NCBI GenBank assembly: GCA_041937175.2
Contig: CP166615.1
Coordinates: 1,376,001-1,440,000 of the forward strand
DNA length: 64,000 bases
Source: Limnothrix sp. BL-A-16
GTDB taxonomy: Bacteria; Cyanobacteriota; Cyanobacteriia; CACIAM-69d
Direction of reading: 5' to 3'
Shown here: piece by piece, positions 21,127 through 31,200 of the stretch
Layout: each line of letters begins with the position of its first letter
Position numbering within the stretch: position 1 is the first letter of the stretch
Position numbers and translations under genes: made by a program
The notes under the pieces: generated by a model
Told to the model about the DNA's origin: nothing
Databases searched by the model: none
The model's input: only the letters and a program-made list of their open reading frames with translations

Positions 21127-22404
21127 TTAATTGCCGTAATTCCACCGGGCCCGATATCCCCGATTATCCACATGGGTGAAGGTGGAGCCATACCCCAGGC
21201 CGCCTTCCCACCAAGGATCCAAAATCCGCTGCACCGCTTGGGGCGAAAGACCCTCCACCACAAAATCCACCCCATGGCCTCGCATGTGGGTTGAGTTGGA
21301 AGCGCCGCCCACGGCCCGGTTCACCGCTGGCGGTCGATACCAACTGGTGATGGTGATGGCGCGATCGCCCAATTTGGTGCGAATTCGCTGCATCTGTTGA
21401 GCCATCCGCACAATGTTGCGGGCAATTTCTTCCGATTCAGGAAGTCTGGTGCCGTCCTTAGTCGCTTCTCCCCAGAAAAAGGAACCGTTCGGCACAATTG
21501 GATCACGGGTTCCCACCACCCCATAGCCAGGGATCCGAATGGCGGGGCCGCGGGAAGGTGCTGGGCTAGGACTGGGCGCGGGCTGAGGTGCGGGCGCAGG
21601 AGCAGGCCTTGGGGCGGGGGCAGGAGTCGGGGCGGGGCTAGGAGCGGGAGCCGGGGCAGGGCTAGGAGCCGGACTGGCCGAAAGCAACTGATCGGCATCA
21701 ATTAAATCCACATGGCCGGCAAACACAAACCAAGTTTGGCGATCGCTCACCGGCTCACTAAGCTGCACCTGATAGTGGCTGCCCGATCGACTGATGGCCC
21801 GAATCCGAAAATCGCCCGGTGCTACAGACACCTCTTCATCATCCTTGAGTTCTGCGGAAGAGACGGGGCGTTGCTTAAAGATGGTGGGCACTTTGACCCG
21901 AATTTTGGGCAGAGGCGGAAAATTAGTTGCGTCCTTTGGCGGCGGGTAGGGCGGCACGTTCAACAACTCAATGTGCCCCTTAAACACGACCCAATTTTTG
22001 CGATCGCGCAGGGGCTGCATCAACACCACGCTCAGGTGGGAATCGGGCGCTTCTTCGTAGCTTTCAAGGGGAAACTCACCCCGGGCCACGCTCAACTTTT
22101 CCGCGCTGCTCAGGGCCGAAGACAGGGCCACACGGGTTTTAAAAACGGTTTCGCTCTTGACAACCAGGGTGGGGACGGCGGCAATTTCCAAGTGATCTTT
22201 AAATATGAACCACTCTTGACGATTCCCGATCGGCTCAATCAGGGTCACCCGATAGTGATTTCCTTCCAAGACGGCCGCCTGTACCGTGAGTTCGCGGGGG
22301 GCAACCGAGAGTTTTTCTGCGGTTGGCAGTTCACTCGACGAGACTGGCCGGCTTTTGAAGATCGTGGGTTGAACGATTTTCAGCTTCACCATAGGTTGCA
22401 CCAC
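21127..22404 (-). CDS. Peptidase M15A (Zn D-Ala-D-Ala carboxypeptidase family) with three N-terminal repeats and a Pro-Ala linker
   Basis: TSWYRPP.VN..VGGA.NS.H..G..VD...FTHVD; three T(I/V)FK.R...SS.L...E..SVA...H repeats. Confidence 0.85.
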   Translation of the reverse strand: MVQPMVKLKIVQPTIFKSRPVSSSELPTAEKLSVAPRELTVQAAVLEGNHYRVTLIEPIGNRQEWFIFKDHLEIAAVPTLVVKSETVFKTRVALSSALSSAEKLSVARGEFPLESYEEAPDSHLSVVLMQPLRDRKNWVVFKGHIELLNVPPYPPPKDATNFPPLPKIRVKVPTIFKQRPVSSAELKDDEEVSVAPGDFRIRAISRSGSHYQVQLSEPVSDRQTWFVFAGHVDLIDADQLLSASPAPSPAPAPAPSPAPTPAPAPRPAPAPAPQPAPSPSPAPSRGPAIRIPGYGVVGTRDPIVPNGSFFWGEATKDGTRLPESEEIARNIVRMAQQMQRIRTKLGDRAITITSWYRPPAVNRAVGGASNSTHMRGHGVDFVVEGLSPQAVQRILDPWWEGGLGYGSTFTHVDNRGYRARWNYGN

Positions 22405-22625
22405 ACCGAAATACAGCGCCCAGTTATCGTGAACTGGTTGCAGTTACTTGGACATGCTAGCCATCAATGGGTTGGATGGCTTGAAGCTTCAAGGATTTTT
22501 ACGAATTTTGCCACTCTCGTTGCTCGATCGCCATGGGGCTTCAGCCCTCGATCGCTTGGATTGGCCCTAGCAACTCATGCGCGGTGTCTACCCCATGCTG
22601 ATCATTGGTTTAGGCCAGCTCAACG

Positions 22626-23987
22626 TTAGTAGTCATAGCTGCTGCCGCCGAGGCCGCTGGGGGGCGCAATTCGGGGATCCGGCGCGATCGCCAGCCATAG
22701 GGGAAACTGCAACAACGAAAGGCTAATGCGGCCGTCGGACTCATCCACCACAATGAACGGCACGCCACCGCCCCGCTGGATTCGATCGGCCCGTTGCGCC
22801 AAGGGATCCGGGGACTCAAATAGCATCACGCCCTGTTCGGCTCCGAAGTCAGCGCGGGAAATGCCCAGGGAATCTTGCAGGCCGCGCCGCCAGTCGCCCA
22901 GTCGCTCGGGACTGTCGATCAGGATCAGGGTTCGGAGTCGATCGCCATGGATGGCCCGCAGCACGGAGATGGTGGCGGAAACCACCAGGATGTTTTGGAG
23001 GCGGCTGCCCATGGTGCGCAGGGCCCCTCGACCGCTGAGGTCAAAAAACCACTGACTGACCCGATCGGCATGAACCTGCTCAAAGGTGCGCCGCAAACGC
23101 CACGGGGGGCCGTAATAGTCCGGCCGGGTGCGATATCGCTCGAGAATTTGCTCAATTTTGCGACGATCGCCCTGAAATTGCCCCTCGATCGCAGTGGGTG
23201 GCGTGGGGGTCGATCGCTCCGGAGTCGGGGCTGGAGTTGGGGCGGGCGGCGGCGCAAAGGATAATTCCTCAGCGGCGGCCACCAACTCTTGCAAACTACC
23301 CACCAGGTAGTCCTTAAACCCCTGAACCCTGGCGGCAACGTTTTGGGATGCACCGGCAAAGGTGCTTTTCATTTCCTGGCGAATGCGTTCCTGACGGCGC
23401 TCCAGTTGCTCAATGCTGGCGGTCAGGTTTTGGCGGCGCTGTTCCAGCTCGGCGGTTCCCAAGCTGAGAATGCGGCTGAGGTCGCGACGGGCTTGGGCAA
23501 TTTCCGCCAGCAGTTGATCTCGCTGGGTCTGGAGATCGGCCACGCGATCGGCCAGGGATTGGGCAGCCGAGTTGGTACTTGCATCTAGCTCTGGGTCTAG
23601 ATTTGGAGTTGAACTTTGATCGGGATCGGGGTCTGCACTTGAAGTGGCTGCTGGCGTTGCCCGATCGGGGCTGTCCGCCGGAGGCGCTGCCGACTCTGAA
23701 GCCGTGACGATCGGGGCCGGAGCCACCGGGGAGCTGTCGATCGGGGATTGTGAGTCGATCGTTTCCGGTGTCGCGGCCGGTTCCGGTGGGGGGGAAGCCT
23801 CGGGAGCCGAATTGGCGATCAATTCCCCTGCTGCTGTGCTCGATCGATCCGCCGAGCTGACCGGTGTTTCGGCCGCCGCCGCTTCTCCCACCTGGGGCAA
23901 TGGGGCAGGGGTGGGCAACGGTTCATCGTCCCAGTTGGTTTCCGAGGGGCGATCGATCGATTCGGACAGATCAGCAATATCAGACAT
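22626..23987 (-). CDS. DUF3086-domain cyanobacterial protein
   Basis: Coiled coil then FAGASQ.VA.RVQGFKDYLVGSLQ, PDYYGPPW.LRRTF, PERLGDWRRGLQD; low-complexity N-terminus. Confidence 0.8.
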   Translation of the reverse strand: MSDIADLSESIDRPSETNWDDEPLPTPAPLPQVGEAAAAETPVSSADRSSTAAGELIANSAPEASPPPEPAATPETIDSQSPIDSSPVAPAPIVTASESAAPPADSPDRATPAATSSADPDPDQSSTPNLDPELDASTNSAAQSLADRVADLQTQRDQLLAEIAQARRDLSRILSLGTAELEQRRQNLTASIEQLERRQERIRQEMKSTFAGASQNVAARVQGFKDYLVGSLQELVAAAEELSFAPPPAPTPAPTPERSTPTPPTAIEGQFQGDRRKIEQILERYRTRPDYYGPPWRLRRTFEQVHADRVSQWFFDLSGRGALRTMGSRLQNILVVSATISVLRAIHGDRLRTLILIDSPERLGDWRRGLQDSLGISRADFGAEQGVMLFESPDPLAQRADRIQRGGGVPFIVVDESDGRISLSLLQFPLWLAIAPDPRIAPPSGLGGSSYDY

Positions 23988-24188
23988 TTCAAGCACTAGA
24001 TTGCAAACAGTGGAACGCTCAAGGGGAACAACACCGAGCGTTTAAACCTTGGCCGCCATCATCCCAGTTCCTTGAACGATTATGATTCGTAACTCCACCC
24101 GATTTTCGGTCGGGTTTCCCGAAAGCGACCGAATCCCGCTCAATCGCCCCCAGAAATTTCCCCAGCGCTCGATCGTGCCACAGCGGCC

Positions 24189-24656
24189 CTATTGCCAAGA
24201 GCGGCGCTTGGGCAGTTGTTTTGCTTCCAAACAGGCCCGCAAGAGCTTGGGATCAAACAAAATGGGCAGGAAATGCAGGCTTTTCACTTCCTTGAAATAG
24301 AACAAAGTCGGTAGGTAGTACCAAAAGATATCCCAGTTTTCCCAATCCTGGTAAGGAAAGCGCCGAATCAGCTTGTCGCCCCGGTAAATGTCCAAAGCCG
24401 TTGCCGTGAACAACAGCCGCAGGGTGGCCGCTTGTAGGGTCAAAAATGCTGAAAACGCCGCCAGTGCCAGCGCCGCCAACAAATTCCAAGCCAAAAACAG
24501 AATCGAAATGGCCGCCAAACCCGTGGGCAACACAAAATCCGGCGGGAGTTCAATCACCTCCGAATCGGGCAGCGAGCCAGCGGTGGTTTCCTCGGGGCCG
24601 ATCGGGGACAGATCGGGCGACTGGACAGCGGATGGGGTTGCGTTGGGTTCAGACAT
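24189..24656 (-). CDS. DUF3119-family membrane protein
   Basis: Two TM helices; RRFPY..W.NW.IFW, YFKEVKSLHFLPILFD; lies next to DUF3086 as expected. Confidence 0.8.
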   Translation of the reverse strand: MSEPNATPSAVQSPDLSPIGPEETTAGSLPDSEVIELPPDFVLPTGLAAISILFLAWNLLAALALAAFSAFLTLQAATLRLLFTATALDIYRGDKLIRRFPYQDWENWDIFWYYLPTLFYFKEVKSLHFLPILFDPKLLRACLEAKQLPKRRSWQ

Positions 24657-25061
24657 ACTTGGGCGATCGCGAGTTGGGATCAGTTGGGACGCGAGTTGGA
24701 ATTAATTAGAATCAATTGGGATCAATTGAGATCAAAAAGATACAGCAATAGTTCTGGAATAGCTCTGGGTATGGCTCTGGGGTTGCTCCAGGCCGCTTTG
24801 GCATTGGGCGCAACCATTCCAACGCGGCGAAACGCGGCGATTGGATGACCACGAACAGCGGTCGCTGTCCCATTCTAAGAGGATGTCCGAAACGACGCGA
24901 TCGATCCTGCGATTCACCCCTGATCTGTGATTCATGCGCCGGTTATCAGCGCATTTCTCAGCACACCTTTCAGCCCCTTTCTCCGCAAATTTACGGCAAC
25001 GACACCCACCCGATCGCCCTGTTACCCTGAAAGACAGGAAGCGTTGGGGAAGCGGTGAGCA

Positions 25062-25589
25062 ATGGAAACAGCAGTCGATCGAGTGGCGAACCCTACAGCG
25101 ATCGCGCCGGGAACTGAGACACAAGCGCCCAGGGTTGGTTTAGGACTGGGAACCCTACGACAAGTGCATCATATTGCCCTCAACGTTCAAGATATGCAGG
25201 CCTCTCGCCACTTTTACGGCTTCCTGTTGGGTCTGGAGGAGTTGACGGGCGATCGGGTTCCCAGCACTCTCAAATCCCTGGTGGCGGCGGGCAAGGTTGC
25301 CAACTTTCTGCTCCCCGATGGCTTGATTTTGGATTTGTTTTGGGAGCCAGACCTCCAACCACCGCACCCAGATCCGGATCAGCAATTCACCCGCGCCAAT
25401 CATTTGGCCTTTGATATTGCCCCAGAACTGTTCGATCGCGCCCTTGCCGTCCTTCAGCAGCACCAAGTGGCGATCGCCCATGGGCCCGTCACTCGCCCCA
25501 CCGGTCGCGGCGTTTACTTTTACGACCCTGACGGATTCATGGTAGAAATTCGCTGTGATCCGGATCCAAAGTCTTCGGAGTCCAGTTAA
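25062..25589 (+). CDS. VOC / glyoxalase family protein
   Basis: VHHIALNV, ANHLAFDI, GVYFYDPDGFMVEI. Confidence 0.88.
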   Translation: METAVDRVANPTAIAPGTETQAPRVGLGLGTLRQVHHIALNVQDMQASRHFYGFLLGLEELTGDRVPSTLKSLVAAGKVANFLLPDGLILDLFWEPDLQPPHPDPDQQFTRANHLAFDIAPELFDRALAVLQQHQVAIAHGPVTRPTGRGVYFYDPDGFMVEIRCDPDPKSSESS

Positions 25590-25629
25590 AAAATCACCGT
25601 TGTTGCATTCACCCTTCGCCCCATCTTTG

Positions 25630-25694
25630 AACCCAATTTTAAAACTCAATTTCAAAACCCAGTTTCATAAGCCAGTTTCATAAGCCAATTTCGG
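25630..25694. repeat. Degenerate 13-bp tandem array (5 units)
   Basis: aacccaattttaa aactcaatttcaa aacccagtttcat aagccagtttcat aagccaatttcgg. Confidence 0.7.
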
Positions 25695-25754
25695 AAGATG
25701 TCTGAAAAGATCAAACAGACACCTGAATATAGCCATTACTTTCAAGCAAAAACC

Positions 25755-26702
25755 ATGACTAATCTGCAAAATTCGACCGATCGAGCTACTCAATTTTATG
25801 ATTGGCAAGGCTATCGCTGTAGCTATGACCAATGGGGAACGGCCCAACCGAACCAGCCAGTTTTGCTGTTAATTCACCCGATCGGGGTTGGCCTATCGCG
25901 ACACTTTTGGAAGCGGTTCATTAATGCTTGGGGGCGATCGGGCAGTGCCTTAGCCATTTTTAATCCAGACCTGTTGGGTTGTGGGGATGCGGCCAAGCCT
26001 CGTTATGCCCTGTATCCAGAAGATTGGGCTGATCAACTGCTGTATTTTGTGAAAACGGTGGTGCAGCGGCCAGTGATTTTGGTGGTGCAGGGGGCGCTGT
26101 TTCCTGTGGCGATCGAGATGGTGGAGCGATCGACCAATGCCAACAATGCCAACGGGGCGATCGATATTCGCGGTCTGATTCTCTCGGGGCCACCTGCTTG
26201 GCAAGTGATGGCCGAAGTTGCACCCAAATGGCAACAAAAACTGCTCTGGAATGGGCTGTTTGACTCTTGGATTGGGGCTGCTTTTTTTCAATATGCGAAG
26301 CGGCGGCAATTTCTGAGTTCTTTTTCGGCAAAACAGCTTTTCGCTTCCTTGCCAGACATTGACGAAGAATGGCTTTTCATGCTGGATCAAGGTGCTGCGG
26401 ATCCGGCCAGTCGCCATGCGGTTTTTGCGTTTCTGGCTCGGTTTTGGCAGAAGGGCTATGCTGAAAAAATTCGCAAAATTCCTTACCCAACCTTGGCCTT
26501 GTTTGGAGAAACCGCCTCTAGCATCAGCAAAAGCGGCAAGCAGGAAAGTCCTGATCAGCGTCTCAATCTTTACCTTGAAAACCTTCCCCAAGGTGAAGGC
26601 TACAAACTTCCAGGACGGAATGTTTTGCCCTATGAATCTACAGCAGCTTTCACCCATGCGGTTTCGGAATTCATCCTTAAACTGCTTGTAAAGATAGATT
26701 GA
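25755..26702 (+). CDS. Alpha/beta-hydrolase-fold protein with non-canonical catalytic motifs
   Basis: LLLIHPIGVG, PDLLGCG...P, PVILVVQGA, PTLALFGE, GRNVLPYE; start 25698 or 25755. Confidence 0.8.
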   Translation: MTNLQNSTDRATQFYDWQGYRCSYDQWGTAQPNQPVLLLIHPIGVGLSRHFWKRFINAWGRSGSALAIFNPDLLGCGDAAKPRYALYPEDWADQLLYFVKTVVQRPVILVVQGALFPVAIEMVERSTNANNANGAIDIRGLILSGPPAWQVMAEVAPKWQQKLLWNGLFDSWIGAAFFQYAKRRQFLSSFSAKQLFASLPDIDEEWLFMLDQGAADPASRHAVFAFLARFWQKGYAEKIRKIPYPTLALFGETASSISKSGKQESPDQRLNLYLENLPQGEGYKLPGRNVLPYESTAAFTHAVSEFILKLLVKID

Positions 26703-26932
26703 CTGGAAGAGAATAAAAACTAAATCAATCGATAATTAAGCCAACTCGTTTCTACTCATCGTTATTCTGAACAGAATAGAGGGAAGCAGTGAGATGGTCG
26801 ATTGCCCAGAATTGATGACAATACTTCGTCATAATTCAGTCATATTGAGCGGTAATAGTCCTTTGTGACGACAAGGGGCGATCGATTTGGCTCATTCCCA
26901 AGCCAATTGAAGTAAATGGGGTGAATAACGTC

Positions 26933-27514
26933 ATGGATGCAGATGAACTGTTGGGGCGCTATCGCTTAGGAGAACGGAATTTTCGAGGTGCAGATCTCAG
27001 TGAAGTTAATCTGATTGCGGCTGAGCTACCGGGAATTAATTTGAGCGAAGCCAATTTGGTGTTGGCTAACTTAACCCGTGCGAACTTGAGTGAAGCCAAT
27101 CTGAACGGTGCAAACTTGATTGGGGTGGATTTGATTGGGGTGAATCTCAGCCGAGCTAGCCTCACTTGGGTTAGGGCGATCGGGGCCAACTTTACCGGAG
27201 CCAATTTATCAGCCACTAACTCGATCGAGGCAGTCTTCACCGGGGCGACCTTTGATGGCGCTAATCTTCATCGGCTCTGTGCCTTGGGGGCTGATTTTGT
27301 GGGCGCATCGTTGGTGGGAGTGAACCTACAAGAGGCAAATATTTTGGGAGCTAATTTTGCCGGGGCCGACCTGCACATGGCAAAGCTAGCCGAGTCCAAT
27401 TTCCAAGATGCCTATTGGAAGTCTGCCAAGTTACCTCCCGATTTGATGTTGAAACTACGTCAACATCAGCGCCATCGGATTCATAGTGCTGACACGAGTG
27501 CTGAAACGGCCTAA
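26933..27514 (+). CDS. Pentapeptide repeat protein
   Basis: ELL.RY..GERNFRG N-terminus followed by A(N/D)L pentapeptides. Confidence 0.9.
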   Translation: MDADELLGRYRLGERNFRGADLSEVNLIAAELPGINLSEANLVLANLTRANLSEANLNGANLIGVDLIGVNLSRASLTWVRAIGANFTGANLSATNSIEAVFTGATFDGANLHRLCALGADFVGASLVGVNLQEANILGANFAGADLHMAKLAESNFQDAYWKSAKLPPDLMLKLRQHQRHRIHSADTSAETA

Positions 27515-28283
27515 AGGCGCTTGACTGATTTTTTGGGGTGTGGTTTTCGCTCTGTTCACCAGTTCAAAAAGCAGGCCATAAGCTTGTAATTCAAAAGATC
27601 GATGGCATTGATCAATAATTTCTGGCCCCTGTGAGTGATTGCAAAAATGGCAGAAATTTTGAGTACCATGCCTATTTGAATGTTCAAGGATGCCTGACAG
27701 CCATCAGGGTTTATCTTTTTTGTTTGAAAATTGATCGCAAAATTACAACAAAGTTACGCAATTATTTGAATCTAATTTTCGAGGCTAATTTTTGAATCTA
27801 ATTTTGATGTTTATCTGATATTCGTTAATTCTGATATTTATTAAATTTCTATCATTAAATGATAATGCCTGTGAAGTGATGATTTTCATTGAAGATTACT
27901 GATGCAGTAAGGCTTTCACCTGCTCATCATTACTAAATTACGACACTACCCATTCAATTAAAGAACTATGGATAAGAAATTTAGCGTTTTGGCTGTAATG
28001 CAGAAAATCAGCAATAGAACTTGGCTAGTAATTTAATTGATTGTCTCATCAGCTTTTGAATGGATCCAGAAGCGGATCTTGAACAGCCTGAATCGTCTCT
28101 AAATTTCATAAACAAATGTTCTAGACTGGCCGCGGGGCGTATGGGATCAAATTTTTGCGAAAACTGGGTATGTTGCTTGTTGAGCAGCTCTCCCGAAACT
28201 TCAGCGATTTGATGGCATCTTGATTTTGATTGCGTCTTGATCTCGCTGGATCTGACTCCTACTCACTGCTTGTTGTTCTTACC

Positions 28284-31200
28284 ATGCATGTCTTGCGGAA
28301 CTTAGGTGGCTGCTCCTTCGTGGGGGCGGGCGTTGGGGGATGTTTAATAATTGCGGGAATTGCGGGTTTTTTGACGATCGGGAGCCTGGGTGCTGACTCA
28401 GGGGCGGCTTGGGCCCAGTCGATCGCCCCGGCGGCCGACGGCACGGGCACGGTGGTGACTCCCCAGGGCGATCGCCTTGATATCAGCGGCGGCAGTCGAT
28501 CGAGTGATGGGGCGAATTTATTTCACAGTTTTGAGCGGTTTAATCTCAACACCCAGGAAATTGCGAATTTCCTGGCCACGCCGGACTTGCGCAACATTCT
28601 AGGGCGTGTGGTGGGGGGCGATCCATCGCGCATTGATGGACTCATCCAGGTCAGCGGTGGTAGTCCCAATCTATTTTTGATGAATCCGGCGGGTCTGGTG
28701 TTTGGGCCCAATGCTCGGCTGAATGTGCCCGCTTCCTTCACGGCCACTACGGCTACGGGTGTGAGCTTTGGGGAGTCCGGGGAATTTTGGTTCCAAGCGA
28801 CGGGATCCAATCAATACGCGAATTTGCTGGGCGATCCGACGGGGTTGGCGTTTGCCTTATCGCAACCGGCGGGAATTGTGAACCGGGCGGCGCTGGCCGT
28901 ACCAACGGGCCAAAGCCTGAGTTTGGTGGGGGGCACGGTGTTGAGCGTGGGAACTCTGTCGGCTCCGGGAGGACGGCTGATGGTGGCGGCGGTTCCGGGC
29001 GATCGCTTTGTGCGGTTCACGCCGGAAGGATCGGTGCTGGCGTTGGATTTGCCGATCGGGGGGCGGCCCGGTGCGGATTTGACCTGGGGCCCGATCGCCC
29101 CGCGAACAATTCCGGAACTGCTGGCGGGGCAACCGGTCACGGCCAATGCCTTGACGGTGCGGCCCGATGGCACGGTTTCGATCGGCCATTCCGAGGGCCC
29201 CTTGGCGGCGGGGGATGTGGCGGTGCAGTCAGCCACGGCCGGAACGGCTACCCTGTCGGCGGCCAATAACTTGCTGCTGCTGTCTAGTCAGCTCAGCACC
29301 ACGGGCGATTTGCACTTGTTGGCGGGACAAGCGGCGATCGGGCGAGACAATCCCACAAATCCTTTACGGTTGAGTGCCGGGGGACAGTTGACCCTCTGGG
29401 GCGATCGGCAGGTGGATCTATACGGCTTGCACCACCCCGACAGCGGCATCATCAGTGATCACAGTCTTTTTTTAGTGAGTTCAGGGGCGATCGCTGGGAA
29501 TTTGCCCCTGCGCACGGGCGGTCAATTGTTTGTGACGCAACCGACGGGCGATCGGGTGCTGTTTCGCACGGTCTTTGAACCGATTTTCAGCGATCGCAGC
29601 GGTCAAATCACCCTCGCTTTCGGTACCACACCGGCCCGCAGCAATCGCGCTCCCTTCATTTCCTCGCCCGTGGTTGCGACCACCACCACCCGACCCACTA
29701 CGCCCTCACCCAGCAGCACCAGTTCCAGCAGCAGCACTGGCTCCACAACCCTACGTCCTGTCGTTCCTCTGAACCCCACAGGCACAGGGACAACGGGCAC
29801 GGGGACAACGGGCACGATCAACCCCGGATCCATCACCCTGATTCCCGGCACAACCAACGATCCCCCCACCACCAATCCAACCCTGAGCAATTCAGTGTCG
29901 CTGATTCCGGTGGCTCCCATGCAAACTGGCTCCAATTCCAGCACCACCAACACCACCGTTAGCGGCCTGAATACCTCCTTTAGCTTGATCCCGATCGCCC
30001 CTGTGGACTCGCCCACGACCAATTCCACCAGTTCAGAGGATGAGGACGATCGATCTGCTTTCTTGCCGGTGAAGCCGATCGTGGTGAACAACAATTCCAA
30101 CACCGGTAACACTGGTTCTTCATTCACGGTGGCTACGGTTAACCTCAGCCTTGATAGCGCGAACTTTGGTGGGTTGGTGACACCCACTAATCAAGGAATC
30201 CATTTCTCTACAGGTAAGTCGCCCATTTCGGCCCCTTGGGCTGCCAATGTGGATGGGTTAGTGCAGTCCACCTTGGCCAACACCACCGAGCAACCGGTGA
30301 GCGCGGGGGGAAGTAGCCCAGTGGCGGGAACTGTCAATGCTGGCAATACAAATCTGGTTGGCAATAACCTAAGCACGGCCATTAGTTCCGATGCGATCGT
30401 GCAGCGGGCGAATTTGGCTTCTGCGACCTTTGCGGCGAATCCGGGATCCGTGAACGGGGTTGCCGGAAATGTGGCTCCCGTAACCGGGGCAGTCCCCACA
30501 TCCGCGAATGTGTCGATCGCGCCTTCTTCCGGCCAGTCTCCCAATGCAGCACCTTTGGTTCCGCTCTCGGGGGTAACGGATGCGGCCAACAATTCGACGG
30601 TGGGAACCTTGGTGACGGGGCTACCGGTGAGCAGTAACCCCTTACCCAACAGTGGTGCGATTGGAGAGGGCGGCTCGAACCTGGCGCATTCGGCCGGCGT
30701 GGGCAATAACCAGGCCATTAGCCAAACGGACTTGCTGGGGCCCCGATCGCCCGGCTTGGAGGGCACAAATCCCTCGGGTATCCCCGCCAACGGCCCAGTC
30801 ACCGACCCGGGGCAAGTGTTGAATCTGCAAGCCTTGCGGGCCGAAACCCTGCAAGTGGCCCTTTGTGACAACACCGTTTGGTTAGATTGCCAACGCAAAG
30901 ACCTGGAACGGGCCCGCAACAGTGGCGATCGCAAGGCGATCGTGGTGGCCTTGCAGCGGTTGGGCCGGGCCCACTACCAAGCGGGTGAATATGGCGATGC
31001 GATTTTGGCCCATCGCGAAAGTCGTGATTTAGCGGCCGATCAGCCCCTGTTGGCCGCGATCGCAGAAAGTGACCTGGGCAGTAGCTACGGGGCTTTGGGT
31101 CAATATTCGGAAGCGATCGCCCATTACGGGCAGGCCTTGGCCCTGTTGCGATCGAACCCTGCGCCTACGTTGGAAAGCAATATCCTGAATAACTTGGGTC

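Noticed and set aside
21712..22629. 305-aa ORF antisense to the M15 peptidase
   Set aside because: Overlaps a well-supported gene on the other strand; no motifs
27515..28283. Long AT-rich gap as a hidden gene or sRNA
   Set aside because: No credible ORF or structured element seen; most simply the regulatory region of the FHA-CHAT gene
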